DNA of 64,000 nucleotides from Mytilus californianus (Eukaryota): NCBI RefSeq assembly GCF_021869535.1, contig NW_026262679.1, positions 96,286,001 to 96,350,000 of the forward strand, read 5' to 3'. Shown piece by piece: positions 61,872 to 64,000 of this stretch (position 1 is its first letter; each line of letters starts with the position of its first letter). The notes under the pieces were generated by a model. It saw only the letters and a program-made list of their open reading frames with translations, ran no database searches and was not told where the DNA came from. The position numbers and the translations under genes were made by a program.

Positions 61872-64000
61872 ACATTTATTTCCAATAAAATCAATCAGAA
61901 AGTTTCAGGGGGAATATCTTTCATAAATTAGAATAAGATGTGTGCCCACAGAACAACAGTTTCTTATTTAACATCTATTTTATCATAATACAAATTTATA
62001 TATTTGTAAAAATCCAAAAAAAAAATCCTTATACTCTAACAGTTACAATTTGACATGTATTAAGATAGAGATGGTTTCCATGTAAACTAGATTATTTCTC
62101 TATAAAGACATTTTGTTCAGTGATTTCATTACCAATAGTGTAAGCAAAGATTTCAGCAATGAAGATTTATCGCAATACTACATTGTTTTTTGCACTTTAC
62201 ATAAAGATGTATGAATCTTTTATTTTAGATGTGCAGAACAAACTTCGGAAAAAACCCAAATTGCCATATGCTTTTTACAACCAAAACTATACTTAAACAT
62301 GAGCAATACTTAAAATGAATTTCACATCCATCGTTGTTTTGTCAGATGATTCACATTATATAATGTATTCATCATAGAATTAAAGTATATTTTACAAATT
62401 TGTAACTAAACGTCTCAAAAAGAAAAAAAACAATTCTAACCAGAAGAGAGTAAAATAATATCTTGTGTATATTGAATATACCTAGCGTGAGTTGAATACT
62501 TTGCAGTTAACCAACAGATTGCAATTATATTACTATACCTGGCCTGTCCTGTCTCGCTCCTTTTAGATGATTGAAATTATGTATTATTTCTGTAGTTTTT
62601 TGCCACAAACATGTCATACTGAATATTCAGTAGAACAGTAGCGTTACAAAGTGAAAATGTGTAGATAAAAGTAAATAAAGTCATCATTTTCAATGGATTT
62701 GGGAAGATTTTAGTTGATGAACTAGTTGCTAGGTTGTCATTTTATCATAAATATCCCAAACGTTTGTTCGTAATTACTTCATTTTTTTCGTAGAATTCTG
62801 TCTTGTTCTTGTTGTGTTCTTCTTTTTTCTGTGTTTTGTTGTTGTTGTTTGTTGACATGTCGTTGTATCTTTCCAAGGTTTATACGGAAACACTTGTTTA
62901 TTTACTGAATAAAATAAAATATTATTTTTTGCTTTAGAAAATACTTAGAAAGAATAACCTTGCTATTATAAGATCAAAATGGTTTTGTTTATTAATTTAT
63001 TTCCTAAAATATCTCGGAAATCTAACCATATTTCTTATGACGTAGTCAAACAACACATTTTTATAAATTTTGACCTTACATTGTAAATAAATAAGAGGAA
63101 ATCTGTGTTTGTAACGATGTACATAATAACAGGAAATGAAAGTTGTTTCAATATGAATGCGCTACATCCGATTTTTAAGGACTTTTATAAATCAGTTTTC
63201 AATAATGAATATTCATTTCAGCACGCCCATAAATAAACGTGAATATCTTTCAATTTGTGTAAGTAAATGCTTTTTTTATTCTTTTTATTTGTGAGTGTAG
63301 ATAGTAGGTAGTTACAAGATCTAGTATCAATATAATGTATGCTTCTGAATACTTTGTTTAAAATTAATTGAAATGGAACGTAGCATGAAATTGATCGAAA
63401 TTGCCGGAACTTGCTATGATGTGTTTGGAATTTATAACGATGAGATCACAATGACTAAGGTTATGTTACTTATCATTGTTAGCCAACTTATTAAGAATTA
63501 TAAATTCTTTTTTGACAACTTTTCCTGTGCATCTCTATCATGTTTTCTGTTAATTTGAATTTCTTTTCCGTTTTTGCGCGTGTATTTTAAAACATGTTTT
63601 TTTTTTGTTTGTCTTTCTATTTCACGTCATGTTATATAATAATGATTGTGAAAAAGATTAATATTTTGTGCCATAAAATATTTATTCTGGACAGCAACTT
63701 TAGATTTGAGTAATGTCCAAGCATAACGATATTCTGTCAAAAAAAGAAGTATTCTTGTTTTTGACCTACGTAAATCAATTCATGTAATTTAGCTATTTGT
63801 GAAAAATGTTCGTCATTTACTATAATTATTAACTATCAAAAACTTAATCTTTTCCATTACATGATATACTGTTTTATTTCTGATATGTTAATTCGCCTAA
63901 TTCTTGTGATACATTGTTTCTATTTGTATCTTTTCATGTATATCATGCCAAATATGAAAAAAAACTCATAGTCTTTAATAGTTGGCTGTTACTTTCGAAG

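Overview
AT-rich (roughly 30% GC, by eye), repeat-dense animal genomic DNA. The repeat families resemble those I know from Mytilus-type bivalves (inference, not verified by search). The only well-supported host genes form a small cluster of paralogous spliced genes that the ORF track shows only as fragments. CK1 (+; join 21559-21567, 24246-24413, 25197-25301, 26705-26974; 183 aa) and CK2 (+; join 40713-40721, 42421-42588, 42874-42978, 43432-43695; 181 aa) are intact. CK3 (-; 61789-61781 or 61156-61148, 59709-59542, 59230-59123) breaks off at the end of exon 3. A fourth copy survives only as an upstream/promoter segment (~50985-56083). The proteins have a signal peptide, four predicted amphipathic helices, an FQxK motif before the last helix and only phase-0 introns, and the 3' UTR carries a conserved pair of triloop hairpins. 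My best inference is an unnamed family of long-chain four-helix (IL-6/LIF-like) invertebrate cytokines. The rest is mobile DNA: many Penelope-like retroelement fragments (two families with SECIS-like hairpins after the RT stop), type I hammerhead ribozyme motifs, tRNA-derived SINEs, MITEs, a Helentron-like array element, and a 2.2-kb A-B-A composite insertion whose empty site is visible in a paralogous segment. No rRNA, true tRNA or CRISPR was found.
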